From: a candidate division WOR-3 bacterium
Lineage (GTDB): Bacteria; Hydrothermota; Tepidihabitantia; Tepidihabitantales; Tepidihabitantaceae
Length of the DNA stretch: 64,000 nt
Direction: 5' to 3'
Assembly: GCA_965649295.1 (NCBI GenBank)
Contig: CBFGKH010000005.1
Coordinates: 1-64,000, forward strand
This document shows, one piece after another, positions 19,725 to 30,432 of this stretch (positions are counted from its first letter, which is position 1; each line of letters starts with the position of its first letter). The notes under the pieces are model-generated. The model was not told the origin of the DNA. It saw only the letters and a list, made by a program, of their open reading frames with translations, and searched no databases. The position numbers were made by a program, and so were the translations under genes.

Positions 19725-20498
19725 ATGGTCAGGGTTACGATTGTTGGGTGTGCCGGTCGAATGGGGCAGGAGGTCGCGCGGCAGCTGGCCCAGCAGACCG
19801 ATATGCGACTGGTCGCTGGGATCGAGTCGCCGGCTAGCTCGAGCATTGGTCAGCAGTGCGGAACCGGCATTGTCCACGGTCGACTTGCCGACGCCATCCA
19901 AGAGACGGATGTCGTAGTTGATTTCTCAGTTCCGGCTGTTACTGCTGCTAGTGCCGAGCTTTGCGCAAGCCATCGCCGACCGTTTGTCAGTGGCGTCACT
20001 GGTCTGACCGATGAGCAGACTGCGGTGCTCAGTCAGGCTGCGAACAAGGTCGCAGTGGTCTGGGCGCCGAACTTCTCGCTTGGCGTCGCGGTTCTGGGCA
20101 AGCTCGTTGCCGAGGCAGCGCGATTGCTTGGCGATGAGTATGATATCGAGCTGGTTGAGACGCACCACCGTCTTAAGCAGGATGCTCCGTCCGGCACAGC
20201 CCGACAGCTAGTCAGTATCCTTCGGACTGCAACCGGCAGAACTGAGGTCGTGTCTGGCCGGCAAGGGAGTGTTGGGCCAAAGTCGGTCAGTCAGATTGGC
20301 GTGAGTGCGGTCCGTACTGGGTCGGTTGTCGGTGAGCACACAGTCATCTTTGGCGGACAGGGTGAGCGAGTTGAGCTGAGCCACAAAGCTGAGAGCCGGA
20401 TTGCCTTTGCCAGTGGGGTGATTGCGGCGGTGCGTTTTGTCAGTAGCGCCAGACCCGGTCTTTACGGGATGAGCGAGGTGCTTGCCAGTAGGGTTTGA
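19725..20498 (+). CDS. dapB: 4-hydroxy-tetrahydrodipicolinate reductase
   Basis: GCAGRMG, PNFSLG, ETHHRLKQDAPSGTA, VGEH. Confidence 0.94.
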   Translation: MVRVTIVGCAGRMGQEVARQLAQQTDMRLVAGIESPASSSIGQQCGTGIVHGRLADAIQETDVVVDFSVPAVTAASAELCASHRRPFVSGVTGLTDEQTAVLSQAANKVAVVWAPNFSLGVAVLGKLVAEAARLLGDEYDIELVETHHRLKQDAPSGTARQLVSILRTATGRTEVVSGRQGSVGPKSVSQIGVSAVRTGSVVGEHTVIFGGQGERVELSHKAESRIAFASGVIAAVRFVSSARPGLYGMSEVLASRV

Positions 20499-20554
20499 CT
20501 TCGGTTCTGCCGACCGTATCATCATCGTTCAGCAAGTTGACCAGACTGAGCAGC

Positions 20555-21859
20555 ATGATTGGCATCCGTCGTGAAGATAAGAACATCTGGGAGCGGCGTT
20601 CGCCGCTGATACCAGAGCAGGTTGGTCAGCTCATTGGCGACCACGGTCTTCAGTTCCGCGTTCAGCCGTCAACAATTAGGGTCTTCAGTGACGATGAGTT
20701 TCGTGAGGTTGGCGCCGAGGTCAGTGATGACCTTTCCGTCTGCCCGCTCGTGTTTGGCGTCAAGGAGATTCCGTCGGAGCAGTTCCATCCGGGGCATACC
20801 TATGTGTTCTTTGCCCATGTCGTCAAAGGGCAGCCGCACAACATGCCGATGCTGCGGCGCATGATGGAACTGGGCTGCTCACTGGTTGACTATGAGAAGA
20901 TAACCGACGATGCCGGTCGCCGCCTCGTCTTTTTTGGTCGCTTTGCCGGGATTGCCGGGCTGGTTGATACCTTGGCCGGGGTCGGCCAGCGGCTGGCCAG
21001 GTTCGGTTACCAGACGCCACTGTTGCGGGCTCGGTTGGCACATGAATATGGTCGAGTGGCGCTGGCCAAGGCGGCACTGGCTGAGGTTGGTCGCGACATT
21101 GTTGAGGAGGGACTGCCGGCTGAGTTGTCACCGTTCATTATCGGGGTAACCGGTTACGGTCATGTTGCTAAGGGCGTGTGGGAGATGCTCGATGCTCTGG
21201 GCGCGACCGAGGTCAGTCCGGTTGACTTGCCGACGCTGGCCATGGACGGCAGCCCCCGGGCTGTCTATCGGGTGATGTTCCGTGAGGAGCACATGGTCGA
21301 ACCTGTTGAGCTCGGTCACCGCTTTGAGCTGCGCGAGTATTTTGAACGGCCCGAGCTCTATCGAAGTCAGTTCGAGCGTCACCTTCCCTATCTATCGGTG
21401 CTGGTCAACTGCATCTACTGGGATGCTCGCTATCCACGGCTCGTAACGCGCCGTTGGCTACAGCAGGCTTATGCGGACCAGCGGCCCAAGCTCATGGCCA
21501 TCGGTGACATCTCTTGTGACATCAATGGTTCGGTTGAGGCGACGATCAAGGCCACCAATCCCGGTGAGCCGTTCTTTGTCTATGATCCTCACCGGCACGC
21601 CGCCAGTGATGGGGTGGACGGCGATGGTATCCTAGTGATGGCTGTTGACAATCTGCCTTGTGAGTTGCCATTTGATGCCTCGCGTGAGTTCGGTGCTGCG
21701 CTTTTGCCGTTTGTGCCGGCGTTGGCCCGTGCTGACTTCAACCGTCCGCTGGCAGAGCTGGAGCTACCCGATTCAATCCGGCGGGCGCTGATTCTGCATC
21801 GGGGAAAGCTGACGCCGGAGTATGAGTATATCAGTCGTTATCTTGAGAGGAGCCACTAG
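20555..21859 (+). CDS. Lysine-ketoglutarate reductase-like protein (N-terminal half of AASS / AlaDh-PNT fold)
   Basis: IGIRREDKNIWERRSPL, GVKEIP, DYEKI, FFGRFAGIAG, NCIYWDARYPRL, DISCD, AVDNLPCELP. Confidence 0.85.
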   Translation: MIGIRREDKNIWERRSPLIPEQVGQLIGDHGLQFRVQPSTIRVFSDDEFREVGAEVSDDLSVCPLVFGVKEIPSEQFHPGHTYVFFAHVVKGQPHNMPMLRRMMELGCSLVDYEKITDDAGRRLVFFGRFAGIAGLVDTLAGVGQRLARFGYQTPLLRARLAHEYGRVALAKAALAEVGRDIVEEGLPAELSPFIIGVTGYGHVAKGVWEMLDALGATEVSPVDLPTLAMDGSPRAVYRVMFREEHMVEPVELGHRFELREYFERPELYRSQFERHLPYLSVLVNCIYWDARYPRLVTRRWLQQAYADQRPKLMAIGDISCDINGSVEATIKATNPGEPFFVYDPHRHAASDGVDGDGILVMAVDNLPCELPFDASREFGAALLPFVPALARADFNRPLAELELPDSIRRALILHRGKLTPEYEYISRYLERSH

Positions 21860-23182
21860 ATGAAACGGATTCTTGTCCTGGGCGCCGGATTGGTGTCGCG
21901 GCCAATGGTGCGATACCTGCTGGCGGTCGAGGATTTCGAGGTGTCGGTTGCCAGTCGTACCGTGAGCAAGGCCGAAGAGCTGGTCGGCACGCATCCCCGG
22001 GGTCGAGCAATCGCGCTGAATGTTGACGACAGCGCGGCGCTGGAAGGGCTTGTTGCCGCGACCGACATTGCGGTCAGCCTGCTGCCTTACACCTACCATG
22101 TCACTGTCGCCAAACTCTGTCTCAAACACCGCAAGCCGCTGGTGACGACGTCTTATGTTAGTGATGCGATGCGGGCGCTCGATGCCGAGGCTAAGACGGC
22201 TGGTGTCCTCTTTCTGAATGAGATCGGGCTAGACCCAGGCATTGACCACATGTCGGCGATGAAAATAATCCACGCGGTTCAGCGGCAGGGCGGTAAGGTT
22301 ACGAGTTTTATGTCCTACTGCGGCGGATTGCCGGCACCAGAGGCAAACGACAATCCGCTTGGCTACAAGTTCTCCTGGAGCCCGAAAGGTGTGGTCATGG
22401 CCGGGCGCAACGATGCCCGCTACCTCAAGGATGGCAAGGAGGTATTCGTACCCGGTGCAGAGCTGTTCGGCCATCGCTGGACCCTGCGAGTGGCTGAGGG
22501 CTATGAGTTCGAGGCCTATCCGAATCGCAACTCGCTTCCCTATATCGAACTCTATGGGCTGCAGGGTGTGAAGACGATGTTTCGGGGTACATTGCGCAAT
22601 CCGGGCTGGTGCGCAACGCTCAAGGCAATTGCCGACCTAGGCTTGCTTCGGGATGACACCGTTCGCACCGGTATTGCCAACCTGACGCCGGCTGAGTGGC
22701 TGCGTGGGTATGTACCGGGCAGCGGAGACCTGCGGCAGGATACTGCCAAGCGACTGGGGTTGAATGTTAGTGACCCGGTTCTTGACCGATTGGCCTGGCT
22801 CGGGTTGTTCGAGCACAAGCCGATTGGGATTGCCCAAGGATCGAATCTCGACATCCTTGCCAAGCTGATGCTCGACCGGATGGCGTACAAGCCTGGCGAG
22901 CGGGATATGATTGTCCTGCATCACGAGTTTGTCGCTGAATATCCGAACCAGCCGGCCCAGCGAATCTACTCGACGATGATTGATTTCGGCATCCCCAATG
23001 GCGATTCAGCAATGGCGCGAACAGTCTCCTTGCCGGCAGCGATTGCCGTGCGGATGATTCTGCAGGGTCAGCTTCGGCTGACCGGTGTGCAGATACCGGT
23101 TGTGCCTGAGGTCTATGAGCCGGTCCTGGCTGAGTTGGCGAAGCTGGGCATTGAGTGTAAGGAGCGAGTCGAGAAGGCGTAG
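21860..23182 (+). CDS. Saccharopine dehydrogenase (glutamate-forming, Lys9-like)
   Basis: LGAGLV, VTTSYVS, NEIGLDPGIDHM, SYCGGLP, YKFSWSP, YPNRNS, SAMARTV. Confidence 0.9.
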   Translation: MKRILVLGAGLVSRPMVRYLLAVEDFEVSVASRTVSKAEELVGTHPRGRAIALNVDDSAALEGLVAATDIAVSLLPYTYHVTVAKLCLKHRKPLVTTSYVSDAMRALDAEAKTAGVLFLNEIGLDPGIDHMSAMKIIHAVQRQGGKVTSFMSYCGGLPAPEANDNPLGYKFSWSPKGVVMAGRNDARYLKDGKEVFVPGAELFGHRWTLRVAEGYEFEAYPNRNSLPYIELYGLQGVKTMFRGTLRNPGWCATLKAIADLGLLRDDTVRTGIANLTPAEWLRGYVPGSGDLRQDTAKRLGLNVSDPVLDRLAWLGLFEHKPIGIAQGSNLDILAKLMLDRMAYKPGERDMIVLHHEFVAEYPNQPAQRIYSTMIDFGIPNGDSAMARTVSLPAAIAVRMILQGQLRLTGVQIPVVPEVYEPVLAELAKLGIECKERVEKA

Positions 23183-23205
23183 TTCCAAGCAGCCGAACTA
23201 TCAGC

Positions 23206-23229
23206 CTGCGGCCCGAGTTCGGGCCGCAG
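23206..23229. terminator. GC-rich hairpin between convergent genes
   Basis: CTGCGGCCCG-AGTT-CGGGCCGCAG, perfect 10-bp stem. Confidence 0.6.
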
Positions 23230-23264
23230 TGCTTATGGTTATGGCAGTTAGGCCGGCAGTCTGG

Positions 23265-23786
23265 CTAGGTGCGTTCGGCCTCGAGCGTGAACTCAGCCAG
23301 GCCGAACCAGAACCCGTCCTGTTGGATACTGTCAAGTTCGGCCTGAATCAGGGCAGCATGGGCATTCTCCATCTCTGCGAGTCGGCTATACATCGCCCGG
23401 GCTGGTTCTGGTAGGTTCGACGCGGCCTGTTCTGCGTAGAAACGGGCAGCGCGCTGTTCGAGGTCGAGCGCAGTGCGCAGGGCAGCCAAATCGTTCTGAC
23501 CACTGGTGCCACGAATACGCTGGTCAGTGGCACCGAGGCGCGGCACAAGCTGTTCAATTATCGTCGGCTCAACTTGGACCGGCTGCCACTTGCCAGCGCC
23601 GTTTAGCGCGTTCTGCTGTTTCTCTAATAGACGCAGGTGCTCAAACTCATCAATCGCCAGCCGAATGAACATCTGCCGGCCACTCGGGTCGCGCGTCTGC
23701 CAGGCATAGTGGAGATAGTCGCGCAGGCTCTCCTTCTCGGCCTCTTGAGCAGTAATCAAGGCCTTGAGGGCAACTGGGTCGGTCAC
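23265..23786 (-). CDS. Ferritin-like (rubrerythrin family) diiron protein
   Basis: E…DEFEH and E…MENAH diiron motifs. Confidence 0.8.
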   Translation of the reverse strand: MTDPVALKALITAQEAEKESLRDYLHYAWQTRDPSGRQMFIRLAIDEFEHLRLLEKQQNALNGAGKWQPVQVEPTIIEQLVPRLGATDQRIRGTSGQNDLAALRTALDLEQRAARFYAEQAASNLPEPARAMYSRLAEMENAHAALIQAELDSIQQDGFWFGLAEFTLEAERT

Positions 23787-24268
23787 TGGCGGATGGCCTC
23801 CATAATGCCGGCGAGCTTGCGGATGTGGGCTTTTTCTTCGTTGATGAGCTTGTCCACGGCCGGGCGGTTGTGTTCACTAACCATGTCGCGAACCTGGACG
23901 TAGAAGACAAGCGTTTCCTTCTCAAAGGCCAGCGCATTCTTCAGTGCGTCGAGCGGGGTTGCTGACTCCTTGGCTAACGAAAGCGCGGTCCCGGAACCGA
24001 GAAAATAGCGCGACTCAGTCACGGCCCGTAGATAGGGGACGACCTCTTCCCAGTTGTACGGTTCCTCAGCCGGCGTGACCCGAATTGAGCGGGCAATCTC
24101 CTCAAAGGTGCGAATGTGATTCGCCTCCTCACCGGCGAGAAACCCAAACAAACTCTTCAAGTTCGGATCCTGCTGCTGGGCGGCCACGGTTTCATAGAAG
24201 AGCTTACCGCCTTTCTCAGTCTGGATGGCCATCTCCATCACTTCCGGCGCGGAATACTGTAGCGGCAT
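23783..24268 (-). CDS. Ferritin-like (rubrerythrin family) diiron protein
   Basis: AIQTEKGG…FY, EEANH, AFEKE, EEKAH. Confidence 0.82.
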   Translation of the reverse strand: MPLQYSAPEVMEMAIQTEKGGKLFYETVAAQQQDPNLKSLFGFLAGEEANHIRTFEEIARSIRVTPAEEPYNWEEVVPYLRAVTESRYFLGSGTALSLAKESATPLDALKNALAFEKETLVFYVQVRDMVSEHNRPAVDKLINEEKAHIRKLAGIMEAIRQ

Positions 24269-25431
24269 TCGTTCCTCCGTTTCTGGTCAGTCGCTTCGCA
24301 TCGGTTAGTACGAAAGGCTAGATATACCAATGCTATAGTCAAGCTAGGTCAACTTGTTAGTGGTTAGACGCCGCGAGACGGGAAGAGAGTGCAGAGAACA
24401 GTGCGGCTGAGGCACGGACAGTGCTGCCAGGCGTTGGCTGCGGTCTTTCACGAGGACGAACGGGTGGGAGGGGAAACGGATTGGGGCGAAGTTCTCTCCA
24501 CCCCGGCGAGAACGCCGTCGGTCGAGATGACAGAAGATGGCGGTCTTGTGAAGACGGTGGGTAGGGGGGGGCTCGGAATGGTTGAACGGATGCGGGAGAG
24601 CTAAGTGAAGACAGTACGGTTGATTGGCGGTGGCTAGTGGACGATTGCTGGGGCGCGGTATTATCCGGTCGAGCAGGTGCTTGTTATGCATGGGGCCGAG
24701 GTGAATCGGGGGGGTGACTCCCCCCAGTCAGTCTCGGATGAAGCCTGAGGTTGGATGGCGGAGGCAGACTTGCGGTAAGCTGTAATTCTAACTGCTTATG
24801 AAGTAGTGGTTTGAGCTGACATACGAGAATGGAAGTTAGTATGAGAGGTAGTGGTGGAGGAAGGTGTCAGGGGAGACCCGATTTGAGAAGTGGCAGTAGT
24901 GGTGAGGTTACTTGTGATGCGAGTCAGACCGTCGTCTGCGACTGCAATGCGAAAGCCTATCGTTGGTCGAGAATCCGGAGGGAATGAGGGCGGCAGGGTT
25001 CGGCTGTCAGGTTAGAGCGAGCCTGGCCGGAGCTGGCGATACTGCTTTCTGTGCTTCCTTGGTAATCTCCTTGCGCATTGTGGAGCGGTTCCGTCAGAAC
25101 AAGAGGCCGGCCAGAATTACGGCGAGAGCGATGAGACTGACGGGAGCTGAGATGGCGGCTAATAATGCGCTGAACCTGGAAGCTTGTCGTCCCTGCAGCG
25201 TTGTGCTTACCCTGCGGCAAATTGTGTCGGTGCGGATGTGGGTTGCTCATATTAAGTCAAGGCTGTGAGCATCAGCAGTAGCAGACTGAGCAACGAGTAT
25301 TGCCAACCGGTGAGTCTGCCTTGTGCTGCGAGCCATCGGGCCATACCATGTCAGGCAGGCGGCGTGTCAGGCTGGGGCAGGTAACCGGTTGCTGAATTGA
25401 CTGGGCACGTTGGTGCGTCTAATCTAAGTCA

Positions 25432-26361
25432 GTGGAATATAAAGACTACTATCAGATTTTGGGTGTTCCGAAGGATGCCGATGAGAAGACTATCAAGTCG
25501 GCTTATCGTCGTTTGGCCCGGCAGTACCATCCTGATATCCATCCGAACAAGAAAGAGGCCGAGGCGAAGTTTAAGGAGATAAACGAGGCCTATGAGGTGC
25601 TCTCTGATAAGGAGAAGCGCCAGAAGTATGATGCGCTCGGTGCTGACTGGCAGCGGTTCCAGCAAGCAGGTGGCCGGGAGGGGTTTGACTGGAGCCGGTA
25701 TCAGGCCGGAGCCGGCCCGACCTACACGCGTTATACGACTGAGGACCTGCATGACCTGTTTGGTGGGGAGTCGCCGTTTTCGGACTTCTTCACTTTTGTC
25801 TTCGGCGGTCAGCCGGGTGGAGTTGGTTCGGTGCGACAGCAACGCGGCCAGGATATAGAGCAGGAGCTGAGCATCTCTCTTTATGAGGCGTTCAAGGGAA
25901 CAACCCGCCGGTTGCGGCGCGAGGGCGGGCCGACTGTTGAGGTGAAGATTCCGCCTGGTGTCGAGACAGGCACCCGGTTGCGGGTGAAGGGTCAGGGTAT
26001 GCCGGGCCGAAGGGGACCGGCTGGTGACTTGTGGCTGATTATTCGGGTTGAACCTGACCCACGATTTGAGCGGCAGGGTAATGATTTGCGAACGAGGATT
26101 AGTGTGCCGCTGTACACTGCTTTGCTGGGTGGAGAGGTGATGGTGCCGCTGCTCGAAGGCCGAGCGAGGCTGCGGATTCCACCAGAGACGCAGAACGGCA
26201 CTGAGCTACGGCTGCGCGGCCAGGGTATGCCGCGGCAGGACCAGCCGGACCAGCGTGGTGACCTTTTGGTGACGGTTGAGGTGCGGCTGCCGGAAAGACT
26301 GACCGAGCGGGAGCGAGCGCTGCTGCGTGAGCTGGCGAGTTTGCGGCCGGAGGCAGGGTGA
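25432..26361 (+). CDS. cbpA: DnaJ-class chaperone CbpA
   Basis: [12 protein letters not shown]-domain, no zinc finger, C-terminal DnaJ domain. Confidence 0.9.
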   Translation: MEYKDYYQILGVPKDADEKTIKSAYRRLARQYHPDIHPNKKEAEAKFKEINEAYEVLSDKEKRQKYDALGADWQRFQQAGGREGFDWSRYQAGAGPTYTRYTTEDLHDLFGGESPFSDFFTFVFGGQPGGVGSVRQQRGQDIEQELSISLYEAFKGTTRRLRREGGPTVEVKIPPGVETGTRLRVKGQGMPGRRGPAGDLWLIIRVEPDPRFERQGNDLRTRISVPLYTALLGGEVMVPLLEGRARLRIPPETQNGTELRLRGQGMPRQDQPDQRGDLLVTVEVRLPERLTERERALLRELASLRPEAG

Positions 26362-26612
26362 TGCCGAGATACGAGCTGGCGACATTGGTGGAGCTGGTCG
26401 GTCTGGACAAGGGCCTGCTGTATCAGGTAATTGAGCGGCAGTTGGTTGCTGTCCAGTTGGTAGATGAGCAGACTGTTGAGCTAGATGAGAGTCAGCTCGC
26501 CCGGCTGCGGCGGATTCGCCGGCTGATTGAGGATTTTGACTTGAATGTTGACGCGCTGGAGCTGGTGCTGGAACTGCGTGATGCGGTAGAGCGGCTCCAG
26601 CGGGCAGGTTGA
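26358..26612 (+). CDS. cbpM: Chaperone modulator CbpM
   Basis: Overlaps the cbpA stop; [15 protein letters not shown]erR-like motif. Confidence 0.75.
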   Translation: MMPRYELATLVELVGLDKGLLYQVIERQLVAVQLVDEQTVELDESQLARLRRIRRLIEDFDLNVDALELVLELRDAVERLQRAG

Positions 26613-26704
26613 ATCCGGTCAGGAGCCTGGCCGGTCTAAGTATAGCCGGGTAGTGGCGTGAACTGCCCGCCGATTGCTAGCACATAACCAAGCCAGGAGG
26701 CACG

Positions 26705-27277
26705 GTGAATATCAAAGGTACCAAGACTGAGAAAAACATCCTCACTGCTTTTGCCGGTGAGTCCCAGGCACGCAATCGCTATACCTATTTTGCTAGTCAG
26801 GCTCGCAAGGAAGGCTACATCCAGATGGCGCTCATCTTTGAGGAGACAGCGAATCAGGAGAAGGAGCATGCCAAGCGGCTGTTCAAGCTTCTCGAAGGTG
26901 GCGAGGTCGAGATTCAGGCCACTTTTCCTGCCGGCAAAATTGGCACGACTCTTGAGAACCTTCGTTCTGCAGCCGCTGGTGAGAACTACGAGTGGACCGA
27001 TATGTATCCGAGTTTCGCTAAGGTTGCGGAGCAGGAGGGCTTTCCGGAGATTGCGGCAATCTTCCGAGCGATAGCTGTGGCTGAGAAGCAGCACGAGAAG
27101 CGCTACAACGACCTGGCGGCGAATATTGTTGGTGGCCGGGTGTTCAAGCGCGAAGAGAAGAAGCGCTGGCGCTGTCTCAACTGCGGCTACATCCACGAGG
27201 GCGAAGAGGCTCCGGTGCAGTGTCCGGCCTGTGCTCATCCCCAGGCTTATTTCGAGCTACTGGGCGAGAACTGGTAA
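26705..27277 (+). CDS. rbr: Rubrerythrin
   Basis: [28 protein letters not shown]…CPAC. Confidence 0.95.
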   Translation: MNIKGTKTEKNILTAFAGESQARNRYTYFASQARKEGYIQMALIFEETANQEKEHAKRLFKLLEGGEVEIQATFPAGKIGTTLENLRSAAAGENYEWTDMYPSFAKVAEQEGFPEIAAIFRAIAVAEKQHEKRYNDLAANIVGGRVFKREEKKRWRCLNCGYIHEGEEAPVQCPACAHPQAYFELLGENW

Positions 27278-27391
27278 GAAGTTGGTCGAGTCGTGAATCA
27301 GGGAGTTCAGATCGAAGGCTGGGCGCGCTGGCTGTGATCGCGGTCGTTAGCGGCCCGGCGCTAGTTTCTGGCTAGGAGAAAGGAGCGCAGC

Positions 27392-27925
27392 GTGACAGAA
27401 CGGCAGGGATTAGTGACGATGGGTGGCAGGCCAGTTACGCTTGTCGGTGAAGAGCTAAGAGTTGGCATGCCGGCTCCGGATTTTACGGCGGTCGGCAATG
27501 ATTTAAAGCCAGTAAAGTTGTCTCAGTACCGGGGTAAGGTAGTCATCATCTCTGCGGTGCCGTCGCTTGATACGCCGGTCTGCGATGTTGAGACGCGTCG
27601 GTTCAATTCCGAGGCGGCGAAGCTTGGGCCGGATGTAGTGGTCCTGACTGTCTCAATGGACCTGCCTTTTGCCCAGAAGCGCTGGTGCGGGGCAGCCGGT
27701 ATTGACCGGGTGATTACGGTTTCGGACCATCGGACTGCCGAGTTCGGCCAGGCCTATGGGGTGCTGATGAAAGAGGTTAGGTTGCTGGCCCGAGCGGTGT
27801 TTGTGGTTGACCGAGACGGGGTGATTCGCTACATTCAGCTTGTACCAGAAGTCGGCAGCGAGCCTGACTACGGCCCAATAATCGCCGCGGCGGCAGGGCT
27901 GGTGCAGTCGCCCGGGAAAGGATGA
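27392..27925 (+). CDS. tpx: Thiol peroxidase
   Basis: VPSLDTPVC, SMDLPFAQKRWC, LLARAVFV. Confidence 0.93.
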   Translation: MTERQGLVTMGGRPVTLVGEELRVGMPAPDFTAVGNDLKPVKLSQYRGKVVIISAVPSLDTPVCDVETRRFNSEAAKLGPDVVVLTVSMDLPFAQKRWCGAAGIDRVITVSDHRTAEFGQAYGVLMKEVRLLARAVFVVDRDGVIRYIQLVPEVGSEPDYGPIIAAAAGLVQSPGKG

Positions 27926-27929
27926 TTAG

Positions 27930-28277
27930 TTGACAGCCAGACAGCAAGTTTACAGTTGTTCGGCATGCGGCCAGCTTGTGGCCGTTGTTCATCAGGGCGG
28001 TGGGAGATTGGTCTGTTGTAGCCGACCGATGCAGCTTGCCGGTGAGGAGAGTTCAACGGCGAGTAGTGGTGCCAGAAAACTGCGGCAGCAGCCGGCTCCA
28101 GCCGTGGCGGTTGAGCCGAGCGCACCCTATTGGAAGTGCTCGAACTGCCAATATGTGCTGCAGGCCCAGCAGCCGCCTGAGGTCTGTCCTTCGTGCGGGC
28201 AGAATTGTCAGTTTGTGGACGTGACCTGTTACATTCCGGAGTGCGGTTTCAGTGGTCCGGATAGTCGTCTAATCTAG
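27930..28277 (+). CDS. Desulforedoxin-domain / rubredoxin-like-domain fusion protein
   Basis: YSCSACG…LVCC N-terminal domain; CSNC…CPSC…[11 protein letters not shown]-terminal domain. Confidence 0.7.
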   Translation: MTARQQVYSCSACGQLVAVVHQGGGRLVCCSRPMQLAGEESSTASSGARKLRQQPAPAVAVEPSAPYWKCSNCQYVLQAQQPPEVCPSCGQNCQFVDVTCYIPECGFSGPDSRLI

Positions 28278-28286
28278 GAGGTTACT

Positions 28287-28664
28287 TTGGCCAAAAGGCT
28301 TGAAGTCTATCGTTGTGAGGTCTGTGGTAATGTTGTTGAGGTGCTCCACGGCGGTGCCGGCCAACTTGTCTGCTGCGGCAAGCCGATGAAGCTCCTTGTG
28401 GAGAATACCACGGATGCGGCCCGTGAGAAGCATGTGCCGGTGATTGAGAAAGTCGCCGGCGGCTACAAGGTGAATGTGGGGTCGGTAGCTCACCCGATGG
28501 AGGAGAAGCACTACATCGAGTGGATTGAGTTGGTTGCGGGTGAGAAGGCATATCGTCAGTTCCTCGCGCCGGGCGTAGCGCCAGAAGCGTTCTTCTCGGT
28601 CGAGGCAGACGAGGTTTTTGCCCGCGAGTATTGCAACCTGCACGGGTTGTGGAAGGGGCAGTAA
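28287..28664 (+). CDS. dfx: Desulfoferrodoxin (2Fe superoxide reductase)
   Basis: CEVCGN…[31 protein letters not shown]. Confidence 0.95.
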   Translation: MAKRLEVYRCEVCGNVVEVLHGGAGQLVCCGKPMKLLVENTTDAAREKHVPVIEKVAGGYKVNVGSVAHPMEEKHYIEWIELVAGEKAYRQFLAPGVAPEAFFSVEADEVFAREYCNLHGLWKGQ

Positions 28665-29207
28665 ATGGTACCAGCTAAGATTGAGCAGGAGTTCAACAAC
28701 CAGATCAAGTATGAGCTGGAGTCGGCCTATCTCTATCTGGCGATGGCGGCCTATTTCGACGCGCAAGGGCTCGCGGGTATGGCCAACTGGATGCGGGCTC
28801 AGACCCAGGAGGAAGTGACTCACGCGATGCGTTTTGTAAAGCATCTCACCGAGCGCGGCGGCACTGTCAAGCTGCAAGCGCTAGGCCAGCCGGCGGCAGA
28901 GTGGTCGTCGGCACTGGGAGCATTTCAGGCAGCCTACGAGCATGAGCAGTTCATCACCGGTCGCATTAACCTGTTGATGAAGCTGTCGCGCGAGGAGAAT
29001 GACTTTGCATCGCAGACGCTCTTGCAGTGGTTTGTTGATGAGCAGGTTGAGGAAGAGGAGTCAACGCTCGCAATTGTGCAGAAGCTGAAGCTGGTGGCTG
29101 GTGACGGCCGCGGGCTACTGATGGTTGATAACGAGCTGGCTGCCCGTCGGTTTGCGCTGCCGCCGGAGCTGGCTGGGTTTTATGCCCAGTCACCGACTGC
29201 GGCCTAG
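28665..29207 (+). CDS. ftnA: Non-heme ferritin
   Basis: ELESAYLYLAM, EEVTHA, HEQFIT, WFVDEQVEEE. Confidence 0.92.
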   Translation: MVPAKIEQEFNNQIKYELESAYLYLAMAAYFDAQGLAGMANWMRAQTQEEVTHAMRFVKHLTERGGTVKLQALGQPAAEWSSALGAFQAAYEHEQFITGRINLLMKLSREENDFASQTLLQWFVDEQVEEEESTLAIVQKLKLVAGDGRGLLMVDNELAARRFALPPELAGFYAQSPTAA

Positions 29208-29223
29208 CTGATAGGGAAGTAGC

Positions 29224-30432
29224 ATGGCTGGGTCTTTTGAGGCGGTCAGGGTTTCTGACCACGTCTGGTGGGTCGGAGCGATTGACTGGGGCCTGCGGGA
29301 TTTTCACGGTTACTCGACTCAGCGCGGTACGACCTACAACGCCTATCTGGTGATGGGCGAGTATCCGATATTAATTGATACGGTGAAAGCCCAGTTCAAG
29401 GACGAGATGATGGCCCGCATTGCCTCGGTCGTTGACCCGAAGCAGGTGAAGGTCGTTATCTCGCATCACTCGGAAATGGACCACTCTGGGGCGCTGCCGG
29501 CATTGGTCGCCGAAGTGCGGCCGGACAAAGTGTATGCCTCGGCAATGGGTTTGCGTAACCTACATGAGCAACATCTCGATACCGCTCCGATAACTGTTGT
29601 TCGCGACGGCGAGACGCTCAGACTGGCGGGACTAGAATTCACGTTCTTCGAGACGAGGATGCTCCACTGGCCGGACTCGATGATTTCCTATCTGGCTGAG
29701 GATAGGGTCGTCTTTTCGCAGGATGGGTTTGGAATGCACTTGGCCGACTCACATCGCTTCGCCGACGAGACCGATCCTGGTCTTCTACATTATGAGGCGA
29801 AGAAGTACTACGCCAACATCCTGCTGCCTTATTCGTCGTTGGTGACAAAACTCCTCGACCGCATTGCTGAGGCGAAGCTCGATATTCGAGTGATTGCGCC
29901 GGACCACGGCCCGATCTGGCGAAAAGACCTGGCAGTGTTACTGGGGTGGTGGCGGAAGTGGGCTGAGCAGCAACCGGAGAATCGGGCAGTTGTCGTCTAC
30001 GATACAATGTGGCAGAGTACGGCACTGATGGCTCGGGCAATCGCTGACGGGCTTGCTGACACCGGTTCGACGGTTAGCATGGTGCCGTTCTGCTGCAGTA
30101 CGCGTTCGGATGCGATTACTGAGGTACTTTGTGCCGGGGCGTTGCTCGTTGGCTCGCCGACGATCAATAACGGTCTATTCCCGTCACTGGCTGACTTCCT
30201 GACCTATGCGCGTGGTCTCAAGCCACGAAATCTCATCGGCGCAGCGTTTGGTTCTTATGGCTGGAGCGGCGAAGCCTGCGGTCAGATTGAAGAGTACCTG
30301 AAGGCGTTTGATGTCGAGCTGGTCGGGCCGGCGTTGCGGGCCAGGTTCGTGCCAGATGCAGCCATGCTCGGCCAGTGCCGCGAACTTGGTCGGAAAGTTG
30401 GCGAGCGGCTGCAGCAGCGGGTGGGGCGATGA
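29224..30432 (+). CDS. fprA: Flavodiiron protein FprA
   Basis: [43 protein letters not shown]. Confidence 0.94.
   Translation: MAGSFEAVRVSDHVWWVGAIDWGLRDFHGYSTQRGTTYNAYLVMGEYPILIDTVKAQFKDEMMARIASVVDPKQVKVVISHHSEMDHSGALPALVAEVRPDKVYASAMGLRNLHEQHLDTAPITVVRDGETLRLAGLEFTFFETRMLHWPDSMISYLAEDRVVFSQDGFGMHLADSHRFADETDPGLLHYEAKKYYANILLPYSSLVTKLLDRIAEAKLDIRVIAPDHGPIWRKDLAVLLGWWRKWAEQQPENRAVVVYDTMWQSTALMARAIADGLADTGSTVSMVPFCCSTRSDAITEVLCAGALLVGSPTINNGLFPSLADFLTYARGLKPRNLIGAAFGSYGWSGEACGQIEEYLKAFDVELVGPALRARFVPDAAMLGQCRELGRKVGERLQQRVGR

Noticed and set aside
24915..24960. CAGTCGCAG-containing stretch reminiscent of the raiA RNA motif
   Set aside because: Only a 9-nt resemblance; the other conserved elements are not evident
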